This document shows, piece after piece, positions 1-13,369 of a stretch of 64,000 nt of DNA (its first letter is position 1; every line of letters begins with the position of its first letter). Position numbers and translations under genes: made by a program. The notes under the pieces were generated by a model. That model saw only the letters and a list, made by a program, of their open reading frames with translations, did no database searches and was not told where the DNA came from. The stretch is taken from the NCBI RefSeq assembly GCF_009914755.1, contig NC_060925.1, one strand, 5' to 3'. Source of the DNA: the human T2T-CHM13v2.0 reference genome, Homo sapiens.

Positions 1-497
1 CACTGTGTGACCAGGGCAGTCTCTCAGTCTCTAGTTTACCCCTCAGATCTCTTCCAGTTCTAACAGGTTACGACTAAGTGATAACATCCCCCAGCATGTT
101 TTGTAGAGATGTGATGCCCAAAAGCAAAGCTGCTTTGTAAAGCATCACGCAACCCACCAGCATGAAGGAGTGTGAGGTGTGACACTCCAGCAAGCTTACT
201 CCCAGCACCTCTCCTGGGCCAGCAGAGAGTTTGAGTCTAAGCTTTGCATGCGACAAATATCTGTCTTTTCAGGGACGCGAGTATGGTGATCAGGCAGCAA
301 TTACAGCAGGCCTCCCCACTCCTACCTTGGTCAAGGCACCTGGCTTCTTAGGTTGGGATGGCTCAGCTTTTAGCTGGGCACCCTTAGAAAAGAGCTGTCT
401 TCTCCCAGGACTATGCACATGCAGTGTGTGCAGAGGCCAGGCGTGGGAAGGGGGAGCTTCAGGGCAGGGCTCTCCTGACCCTCTGCCTGCTCCCCAG

Positions 498-666
498 CTT
501 CCAGTGCCCATGGCTGTGCTGATGCTGCTGTCCAAGGAGCGGCTGCTGACCTGCTGTCCCCAGAGGAGGCCCCTGCTTCTGTCTGCTGATGAGCTTGCCT
601 TGGAGACACAGCCTCCTGAGAAGGAAGATGCCTCCTCACTGCCCCCAAAGTTTCAGTCACACCTAG
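498..666 (+). CDS. MFSD4A: MFSD4A internal coding exon (LPVPMAVLM...KFQSHL/G)
   Basis: Acceptor ccccAG 496-497 and donor G|GTAGGG at 667; 169 nt, ends in phase 1 and joins the next exon in frame; recognised MFSD4A peptide. Confidence 0.93.
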
Positions 667-761
667 GTAGGGGCTCTAATGAATCTGCATCCTCACAGCC
701 TCATGTTGAGGCTTCCTTGGTAACCCCTCTCCCAGAGAGAGTGAACCTAGATCACAGGTGA

Positions 762-1066
<305 letters not shown>

Positions 1067-1080
1067 ACAGGTGATAGTCC

Positions 1081-1111
<31 letters not shown>

Positions 1112-1416
1112 ATCTTGGCCCTGATGGTGCAACCTGACCAAGAGAATGAGGAAGGCAGACTTCTGACTTCACCCTCCATTCTGCTCAGCCTTGCCTTTTG
1201 TTACCTTGGGCAAGTCACCTGACCTCTCTGAGCCTTGGCTCCACCAAGACTGGGAGATGGACAGGGGTTATTCCTAACAGAAAGGTCGTGAAAGTAGAGG
1301 CAGTAAGTGGGCCCCATCCTGCAGGGCTCTTCTGACTGCCAGCCACGGCCCTGGGACATGCAGAGGGAGGGAGCAGAAGCTGAGACTCACCCCTGTTCTT
1401 CCTGTGCCTCCTGCAG

Positions 1417-1532
1417 GGCATGAGGACCTGTTCAGCTGCTGCCAAAGGAAGAACCTCAGAGGAGCCCCTTATTCCTTCTTTGCCATCCACATCACGGCCG
1501 CCCTGGTCCTGTTCATGACGGATGGGTTGACG
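1417..1532 (+). CDS. MFSD4A: MFSD4A coding exon (GHEDLFSCC...FMTDGLT)
   Basis: Pyrimidine tract plus ctgcAG 1415-1416; donor ACG|GTGAGC; 116 nt restores phase 0; hydrophobic TM segment. Confidence 0.95.
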
Positions 1533-1550
1533 GTGAGCCTGCCTCAGAGG

Positions 1551-1564
1551 GCGCCCCCTACTGG
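1551..1564 (-). promoter_or_regulatory. CTCF consensus site
   Basis: Minus strand CCAGTAGGGGGCGC fits CCASYAGRKGGCRS exactly. Confidence 0.7.
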
Positions 1565-2573
1565 GGGACCCTTCACCCCCAGACTCCAGTCTGGGAAAGG
1601 CAAGAGAAAGAGAGGAGCATGAAGGTTTCCTGGAGACTTCTCCTGGAGTACACTTGATTCAAAAATTTAATCTGAAGTCCTAGGGTGACTGTCTCCAGAA
1701 TCAGTCACAGCACGTTGGTACTATGGGCTTCTGTCTTGGCCAATTGTTTTTTATTTTTGTTTTATTTTTGTTAATGCTATAGGTAGGGGCCTAACTGGTC
1801 TGTTGTCAAGGACAGGCTACCTGCATTTTTTAAAGGGGTGGTGCCCTATTCCCCAATTAGAGGTCATGCTATATAAACAGGGTACTTTGCTTCCTGGAAT
1901 ACATTACAAACCTGGGTGTCTCGAGCCAGTGTTGTAAACAAGCTTCAGGTGGAATTTAGGCCCAGCTGTTCATGCCACTAGTGACCTCTGTTACATTAGT
2001 TAGCACCTTTTTCCAGAAACTTCTTAGGATTATATTAGGGCAGTCGTGAATGGCTGATCAACTGATTGCCATATGATGACCTCTCCAGAGAAAAAGCCCT
2101 AAAAACTTAGATGACCTGGTGGAAAGTACTCGTGACAGTACTGGTTGACTTCCAGCACTGGGTGTGACCTCGGGCAAGTCACTTCTGTCTGCTTTCTCAT
2201 CTGTAAAACCAGATGCTTGCACACACCTTTTTTTTTTTTTTAAGTCATGTTCTGCTCTGGTTGAAGTGGGGAGCAGTGCCTGTCTGCCCAGGCCCTGCGG
2301 GCACTCCCATGGAGATCCAGAGCCACCTCTCTGGAACCCCTAGGTCTCCACAGTGCAGTCTGTAAGCTAAGGCACCCCAGCTTCTGTCCTCAGCTTGAGC
2401 CAAGTGTGTAGTGTGGCCTTGACTCCAAGCCCAGCCCTGGCTGAGCCTCTGGGAGTGGGAACAGGCAGTCCTCCCTCTGCCCTCCCCACACCTGCCCAGC
2501 CTGGGCTCCCTTTGTGAGGGTCATTGTCTGGCTGGGCTGCAGGTGTGCTCAACAGCGCCCGGTCTCTCCACAG

Positions 2574-2747
2574 GGTGCCTATTCCGCCTTCGTGTACAGC
2601 TATGCTGTGGAGAAGCCCCTGTCTGTGGGACACAAGGTGGCTGGCTACCTCCCCAGCCTCTTCTGGGGCTTCATCACACTGGGCCGGCTCCTCTCCATTC
2701 CCATATCCTCAAGAATGAAGCCGGCCACCATGGTTTTCATCAACGTG
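2574..2747 (+). CDS. MFSD4A: MFSD4A coding exon (GAYSAFVYSY...MVFINV)
   Basis: ccacAG acceptor and GTG|GTAAGC donor; 174 nt; MFS-like helices (FWGFITLGRLLSIPIS). Confidence 0.95.
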
Positions 2748-3239
2748 GTAAGCAGCTGAATAGCCTCCTCTCTCTTCTGAGAGACCCAGGAGAAGCCGCC
2801 TCCTCCTGGCCCTACCCCAGGACGTTTGCCCAGGCCTACATTCTGCCAGCAGGATGGGAACTCAGGAGTAGAGGGAAGAGAGGAGAGAGAGGATGACGAG
2901 GAAGGGGTGGGAGCCTGGGAGGTGGAGCCTACCTGGGTGACCATGAAAAGTCCCTTCCCCTCTCTGGGCTGCTGATCTTATACCCTTAAAACATAAAAGG
3001 AAAGGTCTGTAGGAGGTGCTGGCTGCAGTGTGTGGAGCCCATCCCAGCCAACAACTGGCTATGAGCGTGAGGAAAGCCAGTGCTGGCCCTGGTCCTCCTG
3101 TGTTTACCTTGGTGCCCAGCTGCTCAGAGCCCTCCAGTCAGTGGAAAGCTGTGGAGGCCAGGGATCCCACAACCGTCGGAATCACTGCCTCTGGGCTGGG
3201 GCCTGGGGATTTGCATTTTGTAGCTCTCCTAGGTGATTC

Positions 3240-3538
<299 letters not shown>

Positions 3539-4499
3539 CTAGGTGATTCTTAAGTAGGCAGGACATGGAGGATGACCTTCAAGGAACTGATCTGCCTAGG
3601 AGGCAGGAGGTCTGGGCCTGAGCAGTGGGTTAAGACCCTTGCCTTGGTGTGTCCATCCAGGTCACCATCCATGACACAGGGGTCCACATTACAGACTTCT
3701 GCCAAATTGTCTAGTCCAACCTCCCATCAGGCTTGAGCCACCTCTATCTATAACATCCCTTCCAATGGGTTCACTGTCTGCTTAAACACCTCTAGTAACT
3801 GCAACTCACTACCTTTCCAAGTAGCCCAATGAGGGTACTAAGTCCAGGTAAGAAAGCATTTCCTTGGTTGAATTTCTAGCAGAGAGCGGGTTTGGACATA
3901 AGGTTGCAGTTTCAGAGACAAAGATCATGATCCCCAAGAAAGGCCTTTGGATTTGACCTCGTGCCAGTTGACCCCCAAGAAAGAAATTTCAGTTCAATGT
4001 AGATGGGAGGTAGGTGATAAACCCAAACGCAAGAGGTTGAGGGTGAGAGGGAGATGAGCAGTGGAGGAATTTGCATTTCTCTTTGTAAATATTTTTGAGT
4101 TGAAGGGAGTTGTGTTCTGCAGGACTCAGGGTGGTATGGGCCTGCTTATAGTAGAGGATAAAGGGAGGACACCTATTAGGAGGAGGAGTCTGTGAAAATA
4201 CCATTGTGAGAGAGTAACCGAGTGAGGAAGGCCCTGACAGAGGGGAGGTGGGATGGAGAGCGGGAGTGGAGGAGGCTCTAAGCTCAGCAAGGAGGAAGGC
4301 CCCTGTCCATGGAGTTGGGGCGAAACGATGTCAAAGGGGAAAGGTTCCAGAAGAGGAAGGGCACAGACATGGGGCCAGCCCTGGCTTCCCTGTCTAGGTC
4401 AGACACAAGGCCAATTGCTAAGACAGAGGAGAGTGGGTGGAAATCTGGGTTTGGGAAAATAAAGGTCTGAAGCATCCACATATGTTAGGCATTGCCCAT

Positions 4500-5165
4500 A
4501 GACACTCACCTGGAGTGCTGGGTTTTAAAAAGGAAAATCAGGTTCCTGGGCCCAACCCAGACTGAGTGAATCCGAATGTCCAGGAGGAGGCATAGCAATC
4601 TATATATTAAACAAATACCCCAGGGGAATTACATCATCCAGCAAGCTCAGGAAAACACTGTCCTAGAACAAGTGACTCCCAAATACATTAGATTCACTGG
4701 AGCTGCTTTTTGAAAATAGGATCATGAAAAGGCCAGGCGCGGTGGCTCACACCTGTAATCCCAGAACTTTGGGAGGCCGAGGCGGGTGGATCATGAGGTC
4801 AGGAGTTCGAGACCAGCCTGACCAACATGGTGATACCCCATCTCTACTAAAAATACAAAAATTAGCCGGGCGTGGTGGCGCCTGCCTGTAATCCCAACTA
4901 CTCAGGAGGCTGAGGCAGGAGAATCACTTGAACCTAGCAGGCAGAGGTTGCAGTGAGCTGAAATGGTGCCACTGCCCTCCAGCCTGAGAGACAGAGCAAG
5001 ACTTCAAATCAAAAAAAAAAAAAAAAAAAAAAAGAGAGAGAAAATAGGATCATGGACCCCTACCCCAGAGATTCTAATTTAGGAGGTATGGAGAAGAGCC
5101 TGGGCCTCTGGGTTGTTTTGGAAGCTTTCCAGCTGCTTTTGTGGGCACCCTGTTTGGGAACTGCA
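4500..5165. mobile_element. MER5-like fragments, one split by an Alu
   Basis: ctcacctggag...cctgggccc; cattagattcactggag; ccccagagattctaattta. Confidence 0.55.
4731..5033 (+). mobile_element. Alu
   Basis: Full dimer with A-tail; flanking repeat gaaaataggatcatg. Confidence 0.95.
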
Positions 5166-6030
5166 GCTGAGTGGCCCTGAGCAAGCCTCTCCTGTGTAGA
5201 TGTGAAGTGCCTGTGTCATATTCACTGTGACTACTTCCGAGTATTCCTCTCTAGGTTAAATTAATGGCCACCCTGTTCTCAGCATTCTCCTGGAGCTCAA
5301 CAGCTACTTCCTGACTTAGTATGTTTGTGCTATGTGCAAAGCCCTGCTGCAAACTGCAGGCCGCCAAGTTCTGGAAGACAAGGTTCTTGCTTCCAGGGAG
5401 CTTACGGCCGGCCAGAGGAGGGCAGTGTGCCCCAGCACAGATGGAGGGTGAGGGGGTGTAGGCAGTGGGGATGCAGGCTCAGTACCAGACTGAGTCACTG
5501 GCTGAGGCAGGGGCCACACTGCGTGGGAAGAGAGTTGGTGGAGCTGATAGTTCGTCCTGGTTAGTCTTCTATCACCAAGGCTAAAATAAGACTCGGGTGT
5601 CTTTCAAACTTCCCCAGATTTAGGGATTTTCAGGGTGACGGTCTTTGAGGCATGGCTGGAAATGCATGTGGTTTGTACATGGGGTAGCCAGGTGGAAGAA
5701 GAGGAGCAGGAGTGGCGGCTTCCAAACCCCGGCATCTGTCCCAGGCTCCTAAGTTGAACACTGAATATTAAGAAGGTGCCAGCCCCTGAAGGCAGGAGGT
5801 GAGCAGGCCTGGCTGAAGTTCAAAGGCCCGTGTTCAAAGGCCTGGGTTAGGGGCTAGGAGGCTAACTTGGGGGGAGCACGGTAGGCAGGGTGGGGGATCG
5901 GGAGCAGAAAAAGATGAGGATGGGGAAGTAAACAGGGGCTACATCCTCAGGGTTTTGTAAGGTGGGCTTTGAATTTTATTCTAAGTGGGCAGGAAGCCAA
6001 TAGGTTTTAAGCAGGTCTGCGTTGCATTTT

Positions 6031-6141
6031 CTTTTTTCTTTTTATTTTTTTGCATCTCACAGATACATTTATTCATGCTATGAAGTAAACGACACTTATA
6101 CAGGTGCCCCGTGATGTTTCACATTTCCATCTAACATAGCT
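6031..6141 (-). mobile_element. Short orphan retro-insertion (3' end of an unidentified polyadenylated RNA)
   Basis: Degenerate T-tail 6027-6051; AATAAA(-) 6068-6073; 13-bp TSD tgc(g/a)ttgcatttt at 6018-6030 / 6142-6154. Confidence 0.75.
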
Positions 6142-6159
6142 TGCATTGCATTTTTAAAA

Positions 6160-6295
6160 TTTATTATTGTTTTTTTTAGAGAGACAGGGTCTCACTATGT
6201 TGCCCAGGCTGGTCTTGAACTCCTGGGCCCAAGCGATCCTTCCTGCCTCAGCCTACCAAAGTGGTAGAACTAGACAGGAGCCACCATCTCCAGCC
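6160..6295 (-). mobile_element. Alu monomer (FLAM-like)
   Basis: Single arm. Confidence 0.85.
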
Positions 6296-7696
6296 ACTTG
6301 CACTGCATTTTAAAAGTGCACTCCAGTGTGGAAGAACAGACTGTAGCTGGCAAGAGTCAAACACAGACTGTCTGTTATTGTAGTCCAGGCGCGAGAGGGA
6401 GGTGGCTGGGATGGGGTGGTCTGGATGGATCTGGAGCAGTACAAGGATCGAACATGTTTTTTGAGATGGTGTGGACAGGACTTGTTGCTGACCCAGGTGT
6501 GGGAGGTAAGGAAAGGAGGAATCAAGGACCTTAGACACAGGACTTGAGCAACTGCATGACTGGGATGCCCTCACTTGATGTGTGCAGGAGTAGGATTGGC
6601 AGAGGAAATTAAGAGTCTAGTTTGGGCCACATGGTTAGTCATCCAGGGACTGACTATATCCAAGGGGCAGCTTTAGGTGCAAGTCCGGAGTCCTGGACAC
6701 AGCTCATGGCTAGAGGGATAGATACAAGCATGCCTGCTGTAGAGGCAGGTGAAACGTGGAGCAGGGCACTGCGGACATGGAAGAGCCAGAAGAGAATCCT
6801 GGGCCACCCCAACATTGAGAGAGTGAACAGAGGGGAAAGCAAGAACAAATGGATCTCAGGGACCATGTTCTGTGCCAAAGAAAGACATGACCTTTGGAAC
6901 CATAGTTATGCTATGACTTTCATATTTTTACTGCATGAAAGAAGTCTTTTGTCTTTCCATTTCCATTGTGAAGGGAATGTGTTTCTCTCCTTCGGCCACT
7001 GTTTTGTGGCTGATCCCTCCCCAGGGAAGGAAGTCTGTCTGGGTAAGGCCTCTGAGCCTCGAGACCACCTTCCACCTAACAGATCCTGTGGCAGAGACGG
7101 AAGGGCTGCTAGAGGAGCGTAAAGGCCTCAAGGATTAGGAGCACCGGCTTTGATTTTCCAATTGGAGCAACTCTCCCAGGATCGGCTCCCAACCCTGAAA
7201 GTCTTTCCTTTCTGCATGCCCAGAAGTGGAGGGGTTGGGAGCTGGATGAGATTTCTTGCCTAGCTCTATAGTCTGTACTTACTTTTTAAAGAAACAGATG
7301 TCTTCATCCAGGAGATTTTTACCTCAAAGCCATAGGCTGCTATAGAAGATCCTTATCTCCTGAGACGTCTAAGAAAAGCCCACAGAGAAACACTAGGACT
7401 CATATTTGTCTGAAGCACCACAGTTTACAGAGCCCCTTCATCTGTATTATTTCACCACCACTCTTTAGTGTGGCTTTTGTAACTATTCCTATTTTGCAGA
7501 TTAGGAAGTTAAGAATCAGAGCAATCAGCTACTTCCGGGTTCCACAGCTGGTAAAAAACACATCGGGACTTCCACCTGGGTCTTCTGACCCCAAATCTTG
7601 TGCTGCCTGGGTTTATTCCCAGATACATCTTGCACAGAAGTGACTCAATGCAGACATAAAAACGTGTTTAAAGAACTTAGAAATATGGTTATATTA

Positions 7697-8060
<364 letters not shown>

Positions 8061-8409
8061 ATTTCTGGGTCTCCAACCATAGGTTAGCATCTGCCCATGG
8101 GAATCTGAGCCAAATCTGAGGGTGCCAAGCTGACTGCCACAGCCACTGACCCTCTCCCTGGGTGGCTGGCTAGGATTCCCAGAGGATGGGACCCTGCTGC
8201 CACCACCCCTCTTCCCCTGCTATCTGATGGCTTCCTGTCTGTGCACTCTTGGCTTTCAGGAGAAGAGAAGCAGCTTCTCACAAAGAAACAGAGACTCTCC
8301 TACCCCCAGGGCTGGCAGGGCAGAGAGAGCTGATGAAATTGGCTTGGGTGGAGTTCCCGCGGTTACAGATAAGACCTTGGGGACAGGTAGTCCTCAGTCC
8401 CCAAATGCT

Positions 8410-8895
8410 TACGCAGCGTGTACCGTAGCTGTTAGGGGAGATGTCTAGGTGGGAAGATGTCTAGGCGGGGGTCTCCTTTCCACGCTTCCTTCCAGATGTC
8501 AGAACGGTCCCCGGAACACTGCGGTTCCCGCCTGGTCCACGGGGTGGCGCGCGGGTCACACAGCTGGGCTCCTTGGGCTAGAGAGGAAACGCCAAGCCAG
8601 GAGACGCCGACTCCTGGCGGTTCCTCACCACCGATGCTCAGCTTTTCGCAATTCCTAACCGCCTCCACCTCTGCCGCGACAGGTTGGCGTGGTGGTGACG
8701 TTCCTGGTGCTGCTTATTTTCTCCTACAACGTCGTCTTCCTGTTCGTGGGGACGGCAAGCCTGGGCCTGTTTCTCAGCAGCACCTTCCCCAGCATGCTGG
8801 CCTACACGGAGGACTCGCTGCAGTACAAAGGTGAGGGCCGGGCCCGAGCCAGGAGGCGCGCTCTATCTAGCTGGGCGCCGCCGCCTCGCTCTGCC
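8410..8895. promoter_or_regulatory. Intragenic CpG-rich island over a MFSD4A exon
   Basis: Dense CpGs in both intron and exon compared with the CpG-depleted flanks. Confidence 0.7.
8683..8830 (+). CDS. MFSD4A: MFSD4A coding exon (VGVVVTFLV...SLQYK/G)
   Basis: Branch-like CCTAAC ~8654, gacAG acceptor, AAG|GTGAGG donor; 148 nt; two TM helices. Confidence 0.95.
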
Positions 8896-8909
8896 CTGTC
8901 TCTCTGTGC

Positions 8910-9115
8910 TTTTTTTTTTTTTTTAAATTTTATTATTATTATACTTCACGTTTTAGGGTACATGTGCACAACGTGCAGGTTTGTTACATATGTATACATG
9001 TGCCATGTTGGTGTGCTGCACCCATTAACTCGTCATTTAGCATTAGGTATATCTCCTAATGCTATCCCTCCCCCCTCTCCCCACCCCACAACTGTCCCAG
9101 GTGTGTGATGTTCCC
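8910..9115 (-). mobile_element. 5'-truncated L1PA 3' end (~200 bp)
   Basis: Canonical L1PA 3'UTR text (gggtacatgtgcacaacgtgcaggtttgttacatatg), T-tail, short TSD ctgtgct. Confidence 0.93.
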
Positions 9116-9730
9116 CTGTGCTCTTCTAGGCCAGCACCATCTCCCAGCGAGAACGCTGCCCTAGCTCCCTGGAGAAATGAACACCCCCCTCCTGACTTTG
9201 GCGGGAGCAGGCCCACAGCCGGGGTGGTTCTGACCCGCTGGGCTCCCTCCATTCAGAATGATCCCCGTAATGATGGGATTTTAGGCCGCAGAGAAGCAGT
9301 TAAGCTTCTTTTTTCCATCCGCTTTGTCCCCATCGTAACGTCTGCTGACCTGCAGCTGACATTTTGTGCGATATGGATGTGCTGGAAATGCCAAGTTCAA
9401 AGAAAAGCAAAGATGCACAGGAGAAGTTATGGCATAGGAAAGGCATTTTGTAAGCTAATTTTCAGTAACAGTACGTGCCTGCCTTGTGGCTGTGGTGGAT
9501 GTTAGAAATGTGGAGGATTAGAACACAGATCTGGTTTCAGGAGTCACACAGCCTCTTTGATGTCAGAAATCTCTAATTCTCTCGACTAATCTCCCTCCCC
9601 TTTCCCTAGCCTCCCAAGTGCCTATAGCAAAGATCTCTTTTTTAATGAGTTAATTAAAAATAATTATATTTTGAACATCACCAGAGACGCACTAGAGGCT
9701 GGAAAACCAGCATTAAGATAAGCGATTTCT

Positions 9731-10108
<378 letters not shown>

Positions 10109-10929
10109 TTATCCACAGCCTGGATCCTTGAAATTGAAGGATAAGCCCCAGACAATTTTAGCACATAACATCACCATCAGTCGTTAGGAATAAAATCTTT
10201 TCTACGATAAACCTGCACACTTTTTGTTTTGTTTTCAAAATGGAATTTTTTTTATTATATAAGTCGTATGTGCTCACTGCAAAAACCTCAAACAATAGAA
10301 GCACAGTTTAAAGCAGTAAGTGAAAGTAGCTGAAAATAACCCTCTTAGCAGTTCATTTCCTCCCAGATCCCTTCTGAGCTTGTGAGACCATTCTCTGCGC
10401 TGTTTAATATTTGCAGTTTAGAAGACAATTCCTGTGAGAGAATGAATTAGAGAATCAAGTGTATCTGAGTTTCTTTGGCTTCTGGCTCCTCTGAGTGGGG
10501 GCACTACACATCATCTGAGAAACACCCCCAAATCAGGGCACACTTGGTATAAATTCCATTGAATCATGACTCTGAAGAGATCCTGGCCATGGTGAAAACT
10601 GAGGGCAGAAAATGCATCAGCCAGTCATCATCCAGGCAGCCCATCCCTCACCCATCTTTCTGCTACTCAGGACATCATGCTGGGCCCCACGGGACATGGC
10701 CAAGGAAACACAGTCTCTCCCTGCAGCTTGTCCTAACAACAGGACAGCCACGCACCCAGCTCCCATGGGCGAGGGCCCAGGAGCCCTCAGACTCCTCCCT
10801 CACACATCAGTCTCCAAGCCTCAAGGGAATAAATGAAGTAATGAAATAAGGTAGCTATCACATGTCACACAGTACAACTCGAGAGTTTTAAGTGATCAAC
10901 ACATGTTAGAGTTTAATAATGATAAGTGA

Positions 10930-11218
10930 GGCCGGGTGCAGTGGCTCACGCCTGTAATCCCAGCACTTTGGGAGGCTGAGGCGGGTGGATCACTTGAAGT
11001 CAGGAATTTGGGACCAGCCTGGCCAACACAGTGAAACCCCGGCTCTACTAAAAGTACAAAATTTAGCTAGGCGTGGTGGCAGGCACCTGTAATCCCAGCT
11101 ACTTGGGAGGCTGAGGCAGGAGAATTGCTTGAACCCAGGAGGTGGAGGTTGCAGCGAGCTGAGATTGCACTCCAGCCTGGGTGACAGAGCAAGACTCTGT
11201 CTCAAAAAAAAAAAAAAA
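10930..11218 (+). mobile_element. Alu
   Basis: Dimer with a small right-arm deletion. Confidence 0.93.
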
Positions 11219-11429
11219 GTGATATTGATTGATTCTGCCTGCAAATGATCACTCAAATCCATCATCTTCATTTCTTACTGTCCCTGCCTAATTTAAGGTC
11301 TTTATCTTCATTGACCTGCTTGGACTAGTTAATGGTACCCAGGTTTTTCCAAGTTCTAATCACCTCCATCCCTTCTTTGATGGGTCTTGGCTTGTCTCCT
11401 TGTCTTCAGTCTTGCCTCCATCTAACCCA

Positions 11430-11568
11430 GCTGGCTGAACATTAAAATCACCTGGAGTTCTGGTACCAAAACCCAGTGACTGGGCCTTACCTCTGAGTCT
11501 GATGCAACTGGTCCGGAGCTGCTGGGTGATTCTAATGTGCACCTAGAGGTGAGGACCATGTACTAAGC
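11430..11568. mobile_element. MER5-like DNA transposon fragment
   Basis: attaaaatcacctggag...ggtgattctaatgtgcacctagaggtgaggacc. Confidence 0.65.
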
Positions 11569-11594
11569 CACCCTCCACATGGTAAAACAGGGCT

Positions 11595-11693
11595 GTGCTT
11601 ACTTCAGCAGCACATGTACTAAAATTGGACCAACACAGAGATGATGAGCATGGCCCCTGTCCAAGGATGACATGCAAATGTGTGAAGTGTTCC
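11595..11693 (+). pseudogene. U6 snRNA retrocopy (RNU6 pseudogene)
   Basis: gtgcttacttcagcagcacatgtactaaaattgg...agcatggcccctgtccaaggatgacatgcaaatg matches U6 with CpG decay; short A tract; TSD aaaacag(g/a)gct at 11584-11594 / 11708-11718. Confidence 0.95.
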
Positions 11694-12129
11694 CCCAAAA
11701 AAACCAGAAAACAGAGCTGATCACAACCTCCAGATCTACCTATGGGGCATCTTTCTCTCCAGACTTCTCTCTCCCTGCTTCCCCTGCAAACCTGCATCCT
11801 AGCCACGAATTACATGCTATTCCCTGATGGCACAAAAACTGTTCTGTACCTCCCTACTTTGGCACGTGGTGAACCCTCTGCCTGGAACGTCCTCCCTGCT
11901 CCATCTCGCCCCTTTATCTTCCTGCTCTTCCTTCCAGACCTAACTCCAGGAAGTGTCCCTCTCCAGGAAGCTCCTCTGATCCCCACTGGAAAGGTGTGCC
12001 TCCCCTTTGTGCCCTTTGACGTTGCCCCTGTCTCTCATGTTTGACCCATCTCAAGACTTTTGTACCTAGGTTATCTGCTTCTCCTAGACAACATGACCCT
12101 ACCAAGGGACAAGGGTAAGAGCACGGGCT

Positions 12130-12340
12130 GTGCAGGCAATAGCACACCTGGCAGTCCTGCCTCCAGAGTTACTGGCTTTATGACCTTGTGCAGTTTCACT
12201 TCCTTCCCCTCTCTGAGCCTCAATTTTCTCATCTGTAAAATGGGGATGCAAATACCTGCCTTTTAGGATTGTTTTGTGCATCAGAAAAAATGTAAAGCTT
12301 TTGACTTAGCATCAAAGCTGACTCACAGGCACTCAGTGTC
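12130..12340 (+). mobile_element. MIR
   Basis: ctctgagcctcaattttctcatctgtaaaatggggat. Confidence 0.75.
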
Positions 12341-12689
12341 TTGTTAACTCTTAGTATTCACCTGAGCATCCTCAGTGGTTAGCATAGAACCCAGTGGTCC
12401 TCAGTTTTTTAAACAAATGAGTGGAACAGACAGATGGGTGCTGCTGGAATTCAGGGAAGGGAGTGAGGGGGCAGTGTTGATTTAAATAAAAGTAGCTTCA
12501 TAGAGGGGATGGGATGTGAGCTGGACCAGAATCTAGAAAAGCAGAGAGGAAAATGGAAAGGCCTTCCTGGGTAGGGTGGGGCAGTGAACAGAATGAGAGC
12601 AAAGGCACAGAGACAAGTCTGAACATAAGTGAGACTGAACGAGCTAGAAGGAATGTGAAGTCCAGAGTAGACAATGATGACAACCATTT

Positions 12690-13097
12690 TATTAAAAAAA
12701 AATAGTGTCTACTATGTGTTAGCTGCTGTGCTACTAACAGGCACTGGTTTTTGCCAGTGATCTATATGACAAGGCATGGCCATCCTCTCCTGGGCTTCCA
12801 GCCTAGTGGGGAGGGCTAGCTGGTCAACAGACAGTGTGGTGAGAGCAGGTGCAGGGTGATATCACAGCACAGAGAAGCAACCCATCCAGGCATGGGGACC
12901 AGAGAGGAACATTACTGATGGAAGTCTAAACTAGGACCTAAAAGATCAATGGGAACCAGCTGGCCAACATGGTGGAACCCCATCTCTACTAAAAATACAA
13001 AAATTAGCCAGGTGTGGTGGGGCATGCCTATAATCCCAGCTTCTTGGGAGGCTGAGGCACTGTACTCCAGCCTGGGCGACAGAGCAAGACTCTGTCT

Positions 13098-13138
<41 letters not shown>

Positions 13139-13340
13139 TGAATGATAGTTTACCAGAAAAGAGGAGGAGGATGAATGTTCAGTGGGGAGTGAAGATGTGT
13201 GCTGAAGCCTGGAGGTGAGAGTTACGGAGGGTGGAGGGGGAGAGAGAAGCCTGAGCCATTAGCAGGGGCAGAGTCTAAAGGGCTCTGCAAACCACTTGAA
13301 AGTCCTTGGCCTTCATCCTGAAGGCAGTGCTGAGGGGCTT
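12690..13340 (-). mobile_element. L2 fragment
   Basis: gtgtctactatgtgttagctgctgtgcta followed by a purine-rich body. Confidence 0.5.
12956..13136 (+). mobile_element. Truncated, internally deleted Alu with an A38 tail
   Basis: gctgaggca|ctgtactccagcc junction; long pure tail. Confidence 0.9.
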
Positions 13341-13369
13341 GCGCAGAGAGTTGGGCTGGTTTTGAGTTT

